This document shows positions 1 to 8,181 of a stretch of 32,000 nt of DNA, in pieces. Source of the stretch: Micrococcus luteus NCTC 2665 (GTDB lineage Bacteria > Actinomycetota > Actinomycetes > Actinomycetales > Micrococcaceae). A program made the position numbers and the translations under genes. Each line of letters starts with the position of its first letter. Position 1 is the stretch's first letter. The DNA lies in the NCBI RefSeq assembly GCF_000023205.1, contig NC_012803.1, forward strand, positions 930,001 through 962,000. The letters run 5' to 3'. The notes under the pieces are model-generated. The model had not been told where the DNA came from and did not search any database. It was given only the letters and a program-made list of their open reading frames with translations.

Positions 1-1
1 G

Positions 2-2089
2 CACCGCGGCGAGACGATCAACGCGATCTGGTTCGTGTTCGCCGCCGTGGCGACGTTCGCAATCGGCTACCGCTTCTACTCGAAGTACGTCGAGCGCATG
101 ATCGTCCACCCGGACGACACCCGCGCCACCCCGGCCGAGTACCGGGCCGACGGCCGGGACTACGTGGCCACCGACCGACGCGTGCTCTTCGGCCACCACT
201 TCGCGGCCATCGCCGGCGCCGGTCCGCTCGTGGGCCCCGTGCTCGCCGCGCAGATGGGCTATCTGCCCGGCACCATCTGGATCATCGTCGGCGTGATCCT
301 GGCCGGCGCGGTCCAGGACTACCTCGTCCTGTTCTTCTCGATGCGCCGCGGCGGCCGCTCGCTGGGCCAGATGGCCCGGGACGAGCTGGGCCGCATCGGG
401 GGCACCGCCGCGATCGTCGCGACCCTGCTGATCATGGTGATCATCACGGCCATCCTTGCCCTCGTGGTGGTCAACGCCCTGGGCGAGTCCCCGTGGGGCG
501 TGTTCTCCGTGGCCATGACCATCCCGATCGCACTCTTCATGGGCGCGTACCTGCGCTGGATCCGCCCGGGCCGCATCACCGAGATCTCCGTGATCGGGTT
601 CGTCCTGCTCCTGGCGGCCATCATCGGCGGCGGCTGGGTCGCCGGGACCGAGTGGGGCGCGGCCCTGTTCACCCTGGACCGCACCACCATCGCCTGGGCC
701 GTGATCATCTACGGGTTCGTCGCGGCCGTGCTGCCCGTGTGGCTGCTGCTCGCGCCGCGCGACTACCTGTCCACCTTCATGAAGATCGGCGTGATCGCCG
801 GTCTCGCGCTGGCCATCGTCGTCGTGCAGCCGCGCATCGGCACACCCGCGTTCTCCGAGTTCGCCTCGGGCCAGACCGGCCCGGTGTGGCCCGGTTCGCT
901 GTTCCCGTTCCTGTTCGTCACCATCGCGTGCGGTGCGCTCTCCGGCTTCCACGCGCTGATCGCCTCGGGCACGACGCCCAAGATGGTGGAGAAGGAGCGA
1001 CAGACCCGCTTCATCGGCTACGGCGGCATGCTCATGGAGGCCTTCGTGGCCATCATGGCGCTCGTGGCCGCCGTCTCGCTCGACCGCGGCATCTACTTCG
1101 CCATGAACTCCCCGGCCGCCCTCACCGGCGGCACCCCGGAGACCGCCGTCGACTTCGTCATGGGCCTCGGCCTGGCCGGGGTGAACCTCGTCCCTGAGGA
1201 CCTGACCCACCTGGCCGACCTCGTGGGCGAGGAGACCGTGGTCTCCCGCACCGGCGGCGCCCCCACCCTCGCGGTCGGCCTGGCGCACATCATGGGCCAG
1301 CTCGTGGGCGGCGACGCGCTCATGGGCTTCTGGTACCACTTCGCGATCATGTTCGAGGCGCTGTTCATCCTCACCGCCGTCGACGCCGGCACCCGCGTGG
1401 CCCGGTTCATGCTGCAGGACTCCCTGGGCAACGTGGTCCCGCGCTTCAGGGACACCTCGTGGCGCGTGGGCGCGTGGGTCTGCACGGCCATCATGGTGGC
1501 CGCCTGGGGCGCCGTGCTGATCATGGGCGTCACCGATCCGCTGGGCGGCATCAACACGCTGTTCCCGCTGTTCGGCATCGCCAACCAGCTGCTCGCGGCG
1601 ATCGCGCTCGCCGTCGTCCTGACGATCGTCGCGCGCCGCCGGGACTTCCGGGGCCTGTGGATTGTGGCGCTGCCGCTGGCGTTCATCACGGTGGTCACCA
1701 CCGTGGCGTCGTTCCAGAAGATCTTCTCCTCCGTCCCGGCGGTGGGCTACTGGGCGCAGCATCGCGCGTTCCAGGACGCGCTGGCGGCGGGGAAGACGAG
1801 CTTCGGCGCCGCGAAGTCCGTGCCGGCCATGGAGGCCGTGGTCCGGAACACGGCCATCCAGGGCACGCTCTCCATCGTCTTCCTGGTGCTGGCGCTGATC
1901 GTCATCACGACGTCGGTGCTCGCCACGGTGCGCGCCTTCCGCGGCACCGAGGTCATCGACCACCAGGACCCGTACGTGCCCTCGCGGCGCTTCGCCCCGG
2001 CCGGGCTGTTCGCCACGGCCGAGGAGAAGGAGCTGCAGCGGCAGTGGGACGCCCTGCCGGCGGACCGGCAGCCGGTGCGGGGTCACTGA
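2..2089 (+). CDS. cstA: Carbon starvation protein A (CstA family peptide/pyruvate transporter), 5'-truncated by the window edge
   Basis: The frame is open back to base 2 (HRGETINAIWF precedes the GTG at 35). The translation is a long polytopic membrane protein with the CstA-type motif GHHFAAIAGAGPLVGPVLAAQ. It is followed directly by its usual DUF466 small partner. Stop TGA at 2087-2089. Confidence 0.9.
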   Translation, partial: HRGETINAIWFVFAAVATFAIGYRFYSKYVERMIVHPDDTRATPAEYRADGRDYVATDRRVLFGHHFAAIAGAGPLVGPVLAAQMGYLPGTIWIIVGVILAGAVQDYLVLFFSMRRGGRSLGQMARDELGRIGGTAAIVATLLIMVIITAILALVVVNALGESPWGVFSVAMTIPIALFMGAYLRWIRPGRITEISVIGFVLLLAAIIGGGWVAGTEWGAALFTLDRTTIAWAVIIYGFVAAVLPVWLLLAPRDYLSTFMKIGVIAGLALAIVVVQPRIGTPAFSEFASGQTGPVWPGSLFPFLFVTIACGALSGFHALIASGTTPKMVEKERQTRFIGYGGMLMEAFVAIMALVAAVSLDRGIYFAMNSPAALTGGTPETAVDFVMGLGLAGVNLVPEDLTHLADLVGEETVVSRTGGAPTLAVGLAHIMGQLVGGDALMGFWYHFAIMFEALFILTAVDAGTRVARFMLQDSLGNVVPRFRDTSWRVGAWVCTAIMVAAWGAVLIMGVTDPLGGINTLFPLFGIANQLLAAIALAVVLTIVARRRDFRGLWIVALPLAFITVVTTVASFQKIFSSVPAVGYWAQHRAFQDALAAGKTSFGAAKSVPAMEAVVRNTAIQGTLSIVFLVLALIVITTSVLATVRAFRGTEVIDHQDPYVPSRRFAPAGLFATAEEKELQRQWDALPADRQPVRGH

Positions 2090-2090
2090 C

Positions 2091-2336
2091 GTGGCCGATC
2101 CGCGCGCGACGCCGACCGGGCCCTCCACCGCGGAGGGCCCGGTCGGCCCGTCTCGGCCCGGGGTGTGGGCCCGGGCGCGCTGGTGGGTCCGCCAGCTCTC
2201 CGGAGAGGGGAAGTACGACGCGTACGTGGCCCACCACCGGGCCCACCATCCGGGGCGGGCGCCGATGACCGAGCGGGAGTTCTGGCGGGCCGAGTACGCC
2301 CGCCAAGAGGCGAATCCGGGCAGCCGCTGCTGCTGA
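2091..2336 (+). CDS. YbdD/YjiX-like small protein (DUF466), the usual CstA partner
   Basis: Small ORF starting 1 nt after the cstA stop. The conserved segment is GKYDAYVAHHRAHHPGRAPMTEREFWR...GSRCC, with the family-typical C-terminal RCC. An alternative GTG start at 2163 would give a length closer to E. coli YbdD. Confidence 0.65.
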   Translation: MADPRATPTGPSTAEGPVGPSRPGVWARARWWVRQLSGEGKYDAYVAHHRAHHPGRAPMTEREFWRAEYARQEANPGSRCC

Positions 2337-2379
2337 GCGGTCTCGACCCGCCCTGCACCGCGCCGCACCGCACCCCGCT

Positions 2380-2459
2380 GAGCCAGACGAATCCGCCCGC
2401 GAGCCAGACGAATCGGTCGCCCCGAGCCGTCCGCCGCGGCCGAATCGTCTGGCTCGCGG
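2380..2459. repeat. Three copies of a GAGCCAGACGA(A/T)TC motif (two direct, one inverted) forming a ~63-nt imperfect palindrome
   Basis: Identical 14-mers gagccagacgaatc lie at 2380-2393 and 2401-2414. The inverted copy tcgtctggctcgcg is at 2445-2458. The 2397-2411 arm pairs perfectly (15 bp) with 2445-2459. Pairing continues inward after one A/A mismatch and a G-U wobble to about 24 bp. Confidence 0.8.
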
Positions 2460-2517
2460 CGTCAGCGGGGTCGGCATCGGGTGGGGTGTCCGGCGACGGC
2501 GCCCGCCGCTCACCCAC

Positions 2518-2523
2518 TAGGCT
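2518..2523 (+). promoter_or_regulatory. Candidate -10 box (TAGGCT) for a leaderless FAH-family transcript
   Basis: TANNNT hexamer ending 7 nt before the ATG at 2531. No Shine-Dalgarno sequence lies between them. Confidence 0.4.
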
Positions 2524-2530
2524 GGCGGCC

Positions 2531-3325
2531 ATGCGCATCGCCCGTTTCGTGGACCAGGCCGAACCGACCTACGGCATCGTGGAGGGCCCGGCCGACGCCG
2601 ACCCCGCCGAGCTGAGCATCACCGCCCTGCAGGGCGACCCGTTCTTCCACGGGATCCAGCCCACCGGCACCACGCACCGCCTCGAGGACGTGCGCCTCGT
2701 GGCCCCGATCATCCCGCGCTCGAAGATCGTGGGGGTCGGCCGCAACTGGGCCGACCACGCGAAGGAGCTCGGCAACGAGGTCCCCGCCTCGCCGCAGTTC
2801 TTCCTCAAGCCGAACACCGCCGTCGTGGGTCCGAACGAGCCCGTGACCCTGCCCAGCTGGTCGGACGAGGTCTCCTACGAGGCCGAGCTCGCCGTCGTCA
2901 TCGGCACCATCTGCAAGGACGTGCCGGTGAGCCGCGTGGACGACGTCGTGTTCGGCTACACCGTGGGCAACGACCTCACCGCCCGCGACGCCCAGCGCAC
3001 CGACCTGCAGTGGGCCCGCGCCAAGGGCTTCGACGGCGCCTGCCCGCTGGGCCCGTGGATCGAGACCGAGCTGGACGTGGAGCCGACCGGCGGCCTGCGC
3101 ATCACGTCCCGCCTCGACGGTGAGACCCGCCAGGACGGCACGACCGCGGACATGGTCTTCGGCGTCCGCGAGCTCGTGGCCGCGGCCTCGGAGATGTTCA
3201 CCCTCCTGCCCGGCGACGTGATCCTGACCGGAACCCCGGGCGGGGTCGGGACGGTCCAGGAGGGCCAGCGCGTCGAGGCCGAGGTCGAGGGCATCGGCGT
3301 CCTCGCCACCGTCTTCCGCCGCTGA
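2531..3325 (+). CDS. Fumarylacetoacetate hydrolase (FAH) family protein (2-keto-4-pentenoate hydratase / oxaloacetate decarboxylase-like)
   Basis: The translation from MRIARFVDQAEPTYGIVEG matches the FAH-family layout (KIVGVGRNWADHAKE..., SYEAELAVVIG, GDVILTGTPGGVG). The track ORF 2165-3325 is an N-terminal over-extension across the intergenic repeat. Confidence 0.85.
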   Translation: MRIARFVDQAEPTYGIVEGPADADPAELSITALQGDPFFHGIQPTGTTHRLEDVRLVAPIIPRSKIVGVGRNWADHAKELGNEVPASPQFFLKPNTAVVGPNEPVTLPSWSDEVSYEAELAVVIGTICKDVPVSRVDDVVFGYTVGNDLTARDAQRTDLQWARAKGFDGACPLGPWIETELDVEPTGGLRITSRLDGETRQDGTTADMVFGVRELVAAASEMFTLLPGDVILTGTPGGVGTVQEGQRVEAEVEGIGVLATVFRR

Positions 3326-3359
3326 CGCGGGCGCCCGACGACGGCGTCCGGGCCCCGCG

Positions 3360-3365
3360 TAGACT
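3360..3365 (+). promoter_or_regulatory. Candidate -10 box (TAGACT) for a leaderless or near-leaderless gltX transcript
   Basis: TAGACT ends 9 nt before the gltX ATG at 3375, with no SD in between. The same hexamer recurs before coaD and the second LCP gene. Confidence 0.4.
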
Positions 3366-3374
3366 CGGGGCATC

Positions 3375-4952
3375 ATGACTGACGCCACCGCTCCCGTGTC
3401 CGAGAACGCCCCCGCCCCCTTCGCCGACGTCCCCCAGGTGGACGCCGAGACCCCCGTGCGCGTGCGCTTCGCCCCATCGCCCACCGGCACCCCCCACGTG
3501 GGGTTGATCCGCACCGTCCTGTTCAACTGGGGCTGGGCGCGGCACACCGGCGGTACCCTCGTGTTCCGCATCGAGGACACGGATGCCAAGCGCGACTCGG
3601 AGGAGTCCTACCAGCAGCTGCTCGAGGCGATGCGCTGGCTCGGGATCGACTGGGACGAGGGCGTCGAGGTCGGCGGCCCGCACGAGCCGTACCGTCAGTC
3701 CCAGCGCGGGCAGATCTACGCGGACGTGATCGAGAAGCTCAAGGCCGGCGGACACATCTACCCGTCCTACTCGAGCCCCGAGGAGACCGAGGCCCGTCAC
3801 CGGGCCGCCGGCCGTGACCCCAAGCTCGGCTACGACGGGCACGACCGTGACCTCACGGACGAGCAGATCGCCGCCTTCGAGGCCGAGGGCCGCGCGCCGG
3901 TCTGGCGGCTGCGCATGCCGGACGAGGACATCACCTTCACCGACCTGGTGCGCGGGGAGATCACCTTCAAGGCCGGCTCCGTGCCGGACTTCGTGGTGGT
4001 CCGCGCGGACGGCTCGCCGCTGTACACCCTCGTGAACCCGGTGGACGACGCGCTCATGGGCATCACCCACGTGCTGCGCGGCGAGGACCTGCTCTCCTCC
4101 ACTCCGCGCCAGATCGCGCTCTACCGCGCCCTGTACGCGATCGGCGTCGCCCGGTACATGCCGGTGTTCGGCCACCTGCCCTACGTGATGGGCGAGGGCA
4201 ACAAGAAGCTGTCCAAGCGCGATCCGCAGGCCAACCTGTTCCTGCACCGGGACAACGGCTTCATCCCGGAGGGCCTGCTGAACTACCTCGGCCTGCTGGG
4301 CTGGTCCCTCTCCGCGGACGAGGACATCTTCACCCCGCAGCAGTTCGTGGAGCACTTCGACGTGCACAAGGTGCTGGCCAACCCCGCCCGCTTCGACGAG
4401 AAGAAGGCGATCGCGATCAACGGCACGCACGTGCGCATGCTCGACGTGGCCGACTTCCGTGACCGTCTCGTGCCCTACCTGCACGCGGCCGGCCTCGTGG
4501 GCGAGCACCTGACGGAGCGGGAGATGGAGGTCCTCACCGCCGCGGCCCCGCTCGTGCAGGAGCGCGTGCAGCTGCTCGGCGAGGCCGTCGAGATGCTCGC
4601 CTTCCTCTTCACGGCGGACCGGGACGTCCGGACCGCCGAGGGCGCCCTCAAGGGCATGCCGGCGGACCTGGGCGCCGCCGTCGCCGCGGCCCGGGAGGCG
4701 CTGGCCGCCCTGCCCGAGGACGAGTTCACCACCGAGCGCATCGAGGCGGCGCTGCGGGCGGCCCTCATCGACGGCCTCGGCCTCAAGCCGCGCCAGGCGT
4801 TCGGTCCGGTGCGCGTCGCGGTGACCGGTCGCAAGGTGTCCCCGCCGCTCTTCGAGTCGCTCGAGATCCTGGGCCGGGACTCCGCGCTCGCGCGCCTGGA
4901 CCGCTTCGCCGCGGAGCAGGGCCTGGACCAGGACCAGCCCACCGACGCATGA
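3375..4952 (+). CDS. gltX: Glutamate--tRNA ligase
   Basis: Class I aaRS motifs are present: [13 protein letters not shown] (HIGH-type) and KLSKRD (KMSKS-type). GluRS-like sequence runs throughout. Confidence 0.95.
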   Translation: MTDATAPVSENAPAPFADVPQVDAETPVRVRFAPSPTGTPHVGLIRTVLFNWGWARHTGGTLVFRIEDTDAKRDSEESYQQLLEAMRWLGIDWDEGVEVGGPHEPYRQSQRGQIYADVIEKLKAGGHIYPSYSSPEETEARHRAAGRDPKLGYDGHDRDLTDEQIAAFEAEGRAPVWRLRMPDEDITFTDLVRGEITFKAGSVPDFVVVRADGSPLYTLVNPVDDALMGITHVLRGEDLLSSTPRQIALYRALYAIGVARYMPVFGHLPYVMGEGNKKLSKRDPQANLFLHRDNGFIPEGLLNYLGLLGWSLSADEDIFTPQQFVEHFDVHKVLANPARFDEKKAIAINGTHVRMLDVADFRDRLVPYLHAAGLVGEHLTEREMEVLTAAAPLVQERVQLLGEAVEMLAFLFTADRDVRTAEGALKGMPADLGAAVAAAREALAALPEDEFTTERIEAALRAALIDGLGLKPRQAFGPVRVAVTGRKVSPPLFESLEILGRDSALARLDRFAAEQGLDQDQPTDA

Positions 4953-5746
4953 GCCGGGGCGTGAGCACGACGCCGGCCGGCGGGTCCGCGGGCGCGCCCG
5001 CGCCGCCGGCCTGGGACGCCGTCCTCTTCGACCTGGACGACACGCTGCTGGATCTGCGCTCCGCCCAGCACGCCGCGTTCGACGCGACGGTGCGCCGGCA
5101 GTGGGCCGGGGCCGCCGACGTCGACCCGGCGGTGCTGGCCGAGGCCACCGAGGCCTTCGCGTCCGACACCGGCGGCCACTACGGGCGCTACGTGTCCGGG
5201 GAGCTGACGTTCGAGGAGCAGCGGCTGGCCCGCGTGGCCGACGCCCTGCGCACGCTCGGCGTGCCCGAGGATGCGGCGACCCCGCTCGACGGCCTGTGGA
5301 CCACCGACTACGAAGAGGTCGTGCGCGGGCACTGGGCGCTGTTCCCCGCGACCGCCGACGTGCTCGCCGAGGTGCGGGGAACAGGCCGTGGCGTGGGGAT
5401 GGTCACGAACAACGTGGAGACCTACCAGCGAGGCAAGGCCGACGCCCTCGGCCTGGAGTGGGTCGAGGTGCTGATCGGCTCGGACACGGCCGGGGCCCCG
5501 AAGCCGGACCCGGCCCCCTTCCTGGCCGGCTGCTCCCGCCTGGGCACGGACCCGGGACGCACCCTCATGGTGGGGGACAGTCTGCGTCACGACGTCGAGG
5601 GGGCCCGGTCGGCGGGGCTCGTTCCGGTGTGGATGAGCCCCGACGCCCCCGCCCACGGCGGCGCGGCGGAGCCGCTCTGGGACGAGGAGCACGCGTGCTG
5701 GCGGATGCGGGCGATCGGCGGGCTGCGGACCTGGCTGGCGGCCTGA
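4949..5746 (+). CDS. HAD superfamily hydrolase
   Basis: HAD motif I is FDLDDTLLD, motif II region is GMVTNN, then KPDPAPF and motif [14 protein letters not shown]. The ATGA start/stop overlap with gltX implies coupling. The exact start is uncertain. Confidence 0.8.
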   Translation: MSRGVSTTPAGGSAGAPAPPAWDAVLFDLDDTLLDLRSAQHAAFDATVRRQWAGAADVDPAVLAEATEAFASDTGGHYGRYVSGELTFEEQRLARVADALRTLGVPEDAATPLDGLWTTDYEEVVRGHWALFPATADVLAEVRGTGRGVGMVTNNVETYQRGKADALGLEWVEVLIGSDTAGAPKPDPAPFLAGCSRLGTDPGRTLMVGDSLRHDVEGARSAGLVPVWMSPDAPAHGGAAEPLWDEEHACWRMRAIGGLRTWLAA

Positions 5747-5755
5747 CCCGCCGAT

Positions 5756-5784
5756 TTTGCACGCGCCGCCCGGAGGGTGTAGAG
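5756..5784 (+). promoter_or_regulatory. Candidate sigma-70-type promoter for the tRNA cluster
   Basis: TTGCAC (5756-5761), a 17-nt spacer, then TAGAGT (5779-5784). It lies about 80 nt upstream of tRNA-Gln in a locally AT-richer stretch. Confidence 0.45.
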
Positions 5785-5865
5785 TTCTTTCTCGTTGCCG
5801 GAGAGATCCGGGAACACCGGGCTCATGAATATGATGCACATCGGCCAGGCATGCTTGACCGACAG

Positions 5866-5937
5866 TGGGGTATGGTGTAATTGGCAACACAACGGTTTCT
5901 GGTACCGTCATTCTAGGTTCGAGTCCTGGTACCCCAG
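5866..5937 (+). tRNA. tRNA-Gln (anticodon CTG)
   Basis: 72-nt cloverleaf. The acceptor stem TGGGGTA pairs with TACCCCA, the anticodon CTG sits at positions 34-36, and the T-arm is GGTTCGAGTCC. No encoded CCA. Confidence 0.95.
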
Positions 5938-5992
5938 CGAGTCTTCGGACTCAGTGAACGCGCACGGGCGGAGACGCTCGGACGTGGCGCAC

Positions 5993-6065
5993 GGCCCCAT
6001 CGTATAGCGGCCTAGTACGCCGCCCTCTCACGGCGGTAACGCGGGTTCAAATCCCGCTGGGGTCA
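5993..6065 (+). tRNA. tRNA-Glu (anticodon CTC), copy 1
   Basis: 73-nt cloverleaf. The acceptor stem GGCCCCA pairs with TGGGGTC (one G-U). The anticodon stem is CCGCC/GGCGG with loop CT-CTC-AC, and the T-loop is TTCAAAT. Confidence 0.95.
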
Positions 6066-6194
6066 CGCAGTCGCCGCCCGGTCCTCGGACCGGAACGGCA
6101 CGGGCGGATGAACGCATCCGTCGCCTGAACAGGAGACACAGGCGCAGAAGAAGGTCTCCACGGCATCGCTTCCGCACACGCGGACAGCGCGCTC

Positions 6195-6267
6195 GGCCCC
6201 ATCGTATAGCGGCCTAGTACGCCGCCCTCTCACGGCGGTAACGCGGGTTCGAATCCCGCTGGGGTCA
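6195..6267 (+). tRNA. tRNA-Glu (anticodon CTC), copy 2
   Basis: Identical to copy 1 except for one T-loop purine (TTCGAAT versus TTCAAAT). Confidence 0.95.
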
Positions 6268-6278
6268 CCCGAGTGACA

Positions 6279-6308
6279 GGAAGCCCGGTCCCTGCGGACC
6301 GGGCTTCC
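6279..6308 (+). terminator. GC-rich hairpin after the tRNA cluster (putative intrinsic terminator)
   Basis: Perfect 13-bp stem, ggaagcccggtcc / ggaccgggcttcc, with a 4-nt loop (ctgc). There is no U-tract, which is common in high-GC actinobacteria. Confidence 0.55.
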
Positions 6309-6363
6309 GTCGTCTCCGTCCGCCGGGCCGGCGGGATGGGCGGTCGGCGCGCGCCGTGAGACG

Positions 6364-8181
6364 ATGGCCCACGTGCCACACACGGATCAGAACGTCCCAG
6401 ACCTCGGTGTCGACACGGCCGTCCGCCGCGTGCGCCAGCACCTCGCCGCGCTCGAGCTGCCTTTCGAGACCGCCACCGCGGGGCAGGACCGCGCCGAGCG
6501 CGAGCGCACCCTGCACCAGATCGACGACTACGTGCTGCCCCGCCTCGAGTCGCTCGACGCGCCGCTGCTGGCCGTCGTCGGCGGCTCCACCGGTGCGGGC
6601 AAGTCCACGCTGGTGAACGCGCTCGTCGGCCACGAGGTCTCCCGCTCCTCCGCCCTGCGGCCCACCACGCGGCAACCTCTGCTGCTGCACAACCCCGCCG
6701 ACGCCCACTGGTTCACGGGCCCGCGGGTGCTGCCCGACCTCGCCCGCGTCAGCGTGCACCGCGACGCGGCCGCCGGCCCCGTCGAACCCGACCAGTCCGC
6801 GATGGACACGGTCGCGCTCGTGGCCGAGCCCGCACTGCCCTCGGGCATCGCCCTCGTGGACGCCCCGGACATCGACTCCGTGGCGGACCAGAACCGCGCG
6901 CTGGCCCGGCAGCTCCTCCAAGCCGCCGACCTGTGGATCTTCACGACGACGGCGCACCGCTACGCCGACGCCGTGCCCTGGCAGCTGCTGGACGAGGCCG
7001 CCGCCCGCGACATCACCGTGGCCGTCGTGCTCGGCCGCGTGCCCGAGGGCGCGGCGGAGGACATCACCCCGGACCTGCGGCGCATGCTCACCGAGCGCGG
7101 CCTCGCCGACGCCCGGATCCACGTGATCCCCGAGACCCGCTTCGACGAGCGCGGCCTGCTCCCGCAGGAGCACGTCGCGGGCCTGCGCGCCTGGCTCGAG
7201 ACTCTCGCCGCCGACGCCCAGGCGCGCGGCGCCGTCGCCCGCCGGACCGTGGACGGCGTGCTGGGCCAGCTGGCCGCCCGCGTCGCCGACCTGGCCCGCG
7301 CCGAGGAGGAGCAGCGGCACGCCGCGGACCTGCTCGCCCGGATCGTGGGGGACTCCACGGACCAGGCCGTCGGCCGGGTCCATGAGGCCACCTCGGACGG
7401 CACGCTGCTGCGCGGCGAGGTGCTCTCCCGCTGGCAGGACTTCGCCGGCACGGGGGAGTTCTTCCGCGGCGTCGAGACCACGATCGGCCGGCTGCGGGAC
7501 CGCCTCGGCGCCCTGGTGCGCGGGCGCCCGGCAGCGCCCGAGGAGGTCGAGACCGCACTGGAGACCGGCCTGCACGCCGTGATGGTCGAGGCGGCCGCCG
7601 CGGCCGCCGAGCAGATCGAGCGGCGCTGGGCGTCCGAGCCGGCGGGCCGGGCCCTCGTGGCCGGGCGCGACCTGGGCGCCTTGGCGCCGGACGCGTCGGC
7701 GCGGGCGGCCGACGTCGTGCGGGACTGGCAGTCGGACGTCTTGGCACTGGTCCAGGAGGAGGGCGCGGGCAAGCGCACGCGCGCCCGCCTGGCGGCCACC
7801 GGCGTGAACGGCGCGGCCGTGGCCCTCATGATCATCTCGTTCGCCTCCACCGGCGGACTCGCGGGCATCGAGGTCGGCATCGCCGGCGGCGCCGCCGTCG
7901 TCGGGCAGAAGCTGCTCGAGTCGATCTTCGGCGAGGACGCCGTGCGCCGCATGGCCCGGCGTGCCGATGAGCTGCTCGAGCTCCGCGTGCGGTCCTTCCT
8001 CGAGACCGTGCTCGCGGACCGCTTCCTGCCGCTGCTCCACCTCGGGCGCGAGCCGCAGGCCACCGAGGAGCTGCGCGCCCTCGTGCCGGTGCTGCGCCGC
8101 GGGGTGGCTGCCGGCGTCGACGGCCCGACCGGGCCCGAGCACGCCCCGTCCGCCGCCGAGGCGGGGGAGGAGCCCCGATGA
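6364..8181 (+). CDS. Dynamin-like / P-loop GTPase family protein, paralogue 1 (degenerate G4)
   Basis: G1 is GGSTGAGKSTLVNAL, G2 region RPTTRQP, and G3 region VDAPDIDSV. A long Ala/Arg/Glu/Leu-rich helical part follows. A Gly/Ala-rich hydrophobic segment (GVNGAAVALMIISFASTGGLAGIEVGIAGGAAVVG) sits near the C-terminus. Confidence 0.75.
   Translation: MAHVPHTDQNVPDLGVDTAVRRVRQHLAALELPFETATAGQDRAERERTLHQIDDYVLPRLESLDAPLLAVVGGSTGAGKSTLVNALVGHEVSRSSALRPTTRQPLLLHNPADAHWFTGPRVLPDLARVSVHRDAAAGPVEPDQSAMDTVALVAEPALPSGIALVDAPDIDSVADQNRALARQLLQAADLWIFTTTAHRYADAVPWQLLDEAAARDITVAVVLGRVPEGAAEDITPDLRRMLTERGLADARIHVIPETRFDERGLLPQEHVAGLRAWLETLAADAQARGAVARRTVDGVLGQLAARVADLARAEEEQRHAADLLARIVGDSTDQAVGRVHEATSDGTLLRGEVLSRWQDFAGTGEFFRGVETTIGRLRDRLGALVRGRPAAPEEVETALETGLHAVMVEAAAAAAEQIERRWASEPAGRALVAGRDLGALAPDASARAADVVRDWQSDVLALVQEEGAGKRTRARLAATGVNGAAVALMIISFASTGGLAGIEVGIAGGAAVVGQKLLESIFGEDAVRRMARRADELLELRVRSFLETVLADRFLPLLHLGREPQATEELRALVPVLRRGVAAGVDGPTGPEHAPSAAEAGEEPR

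Noticed and set aside
2165-2530. Upstream extension of the FAH ORF (the track start at 2165)
   Set aside because: The extension overlaps the ybdD-like gene out of frame and runs through the intergenic palindrome. Homology-like sequence begins at MRIARF (2531), which is preceded by a -10-like hexamer at leaderless spacing.
3198-5911. Minus-strand ORFs 3198-4508 and 4475-5911 opposite gltX and the HAD gene
   Set aside because: Antisense shadow ORFs without motifs. gltX and the HAD gene explain the region completely.
5993-6267. Duplicated tRNA-Glu as an attL/attR scar of an integrated element
   Set aside because: Both copies are full-length tRNAs only 129 nt apart, and there is no integrase or foreign cargo. 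A simple tandem gene duplication explains them.
5795-6383. ORFs 5795-6007 (+) and 6063-6383 (-) over the tRNA cluster
   Set aside because: They overlap three clean tRNA cloverleaves and their spacers, so they are spurious.
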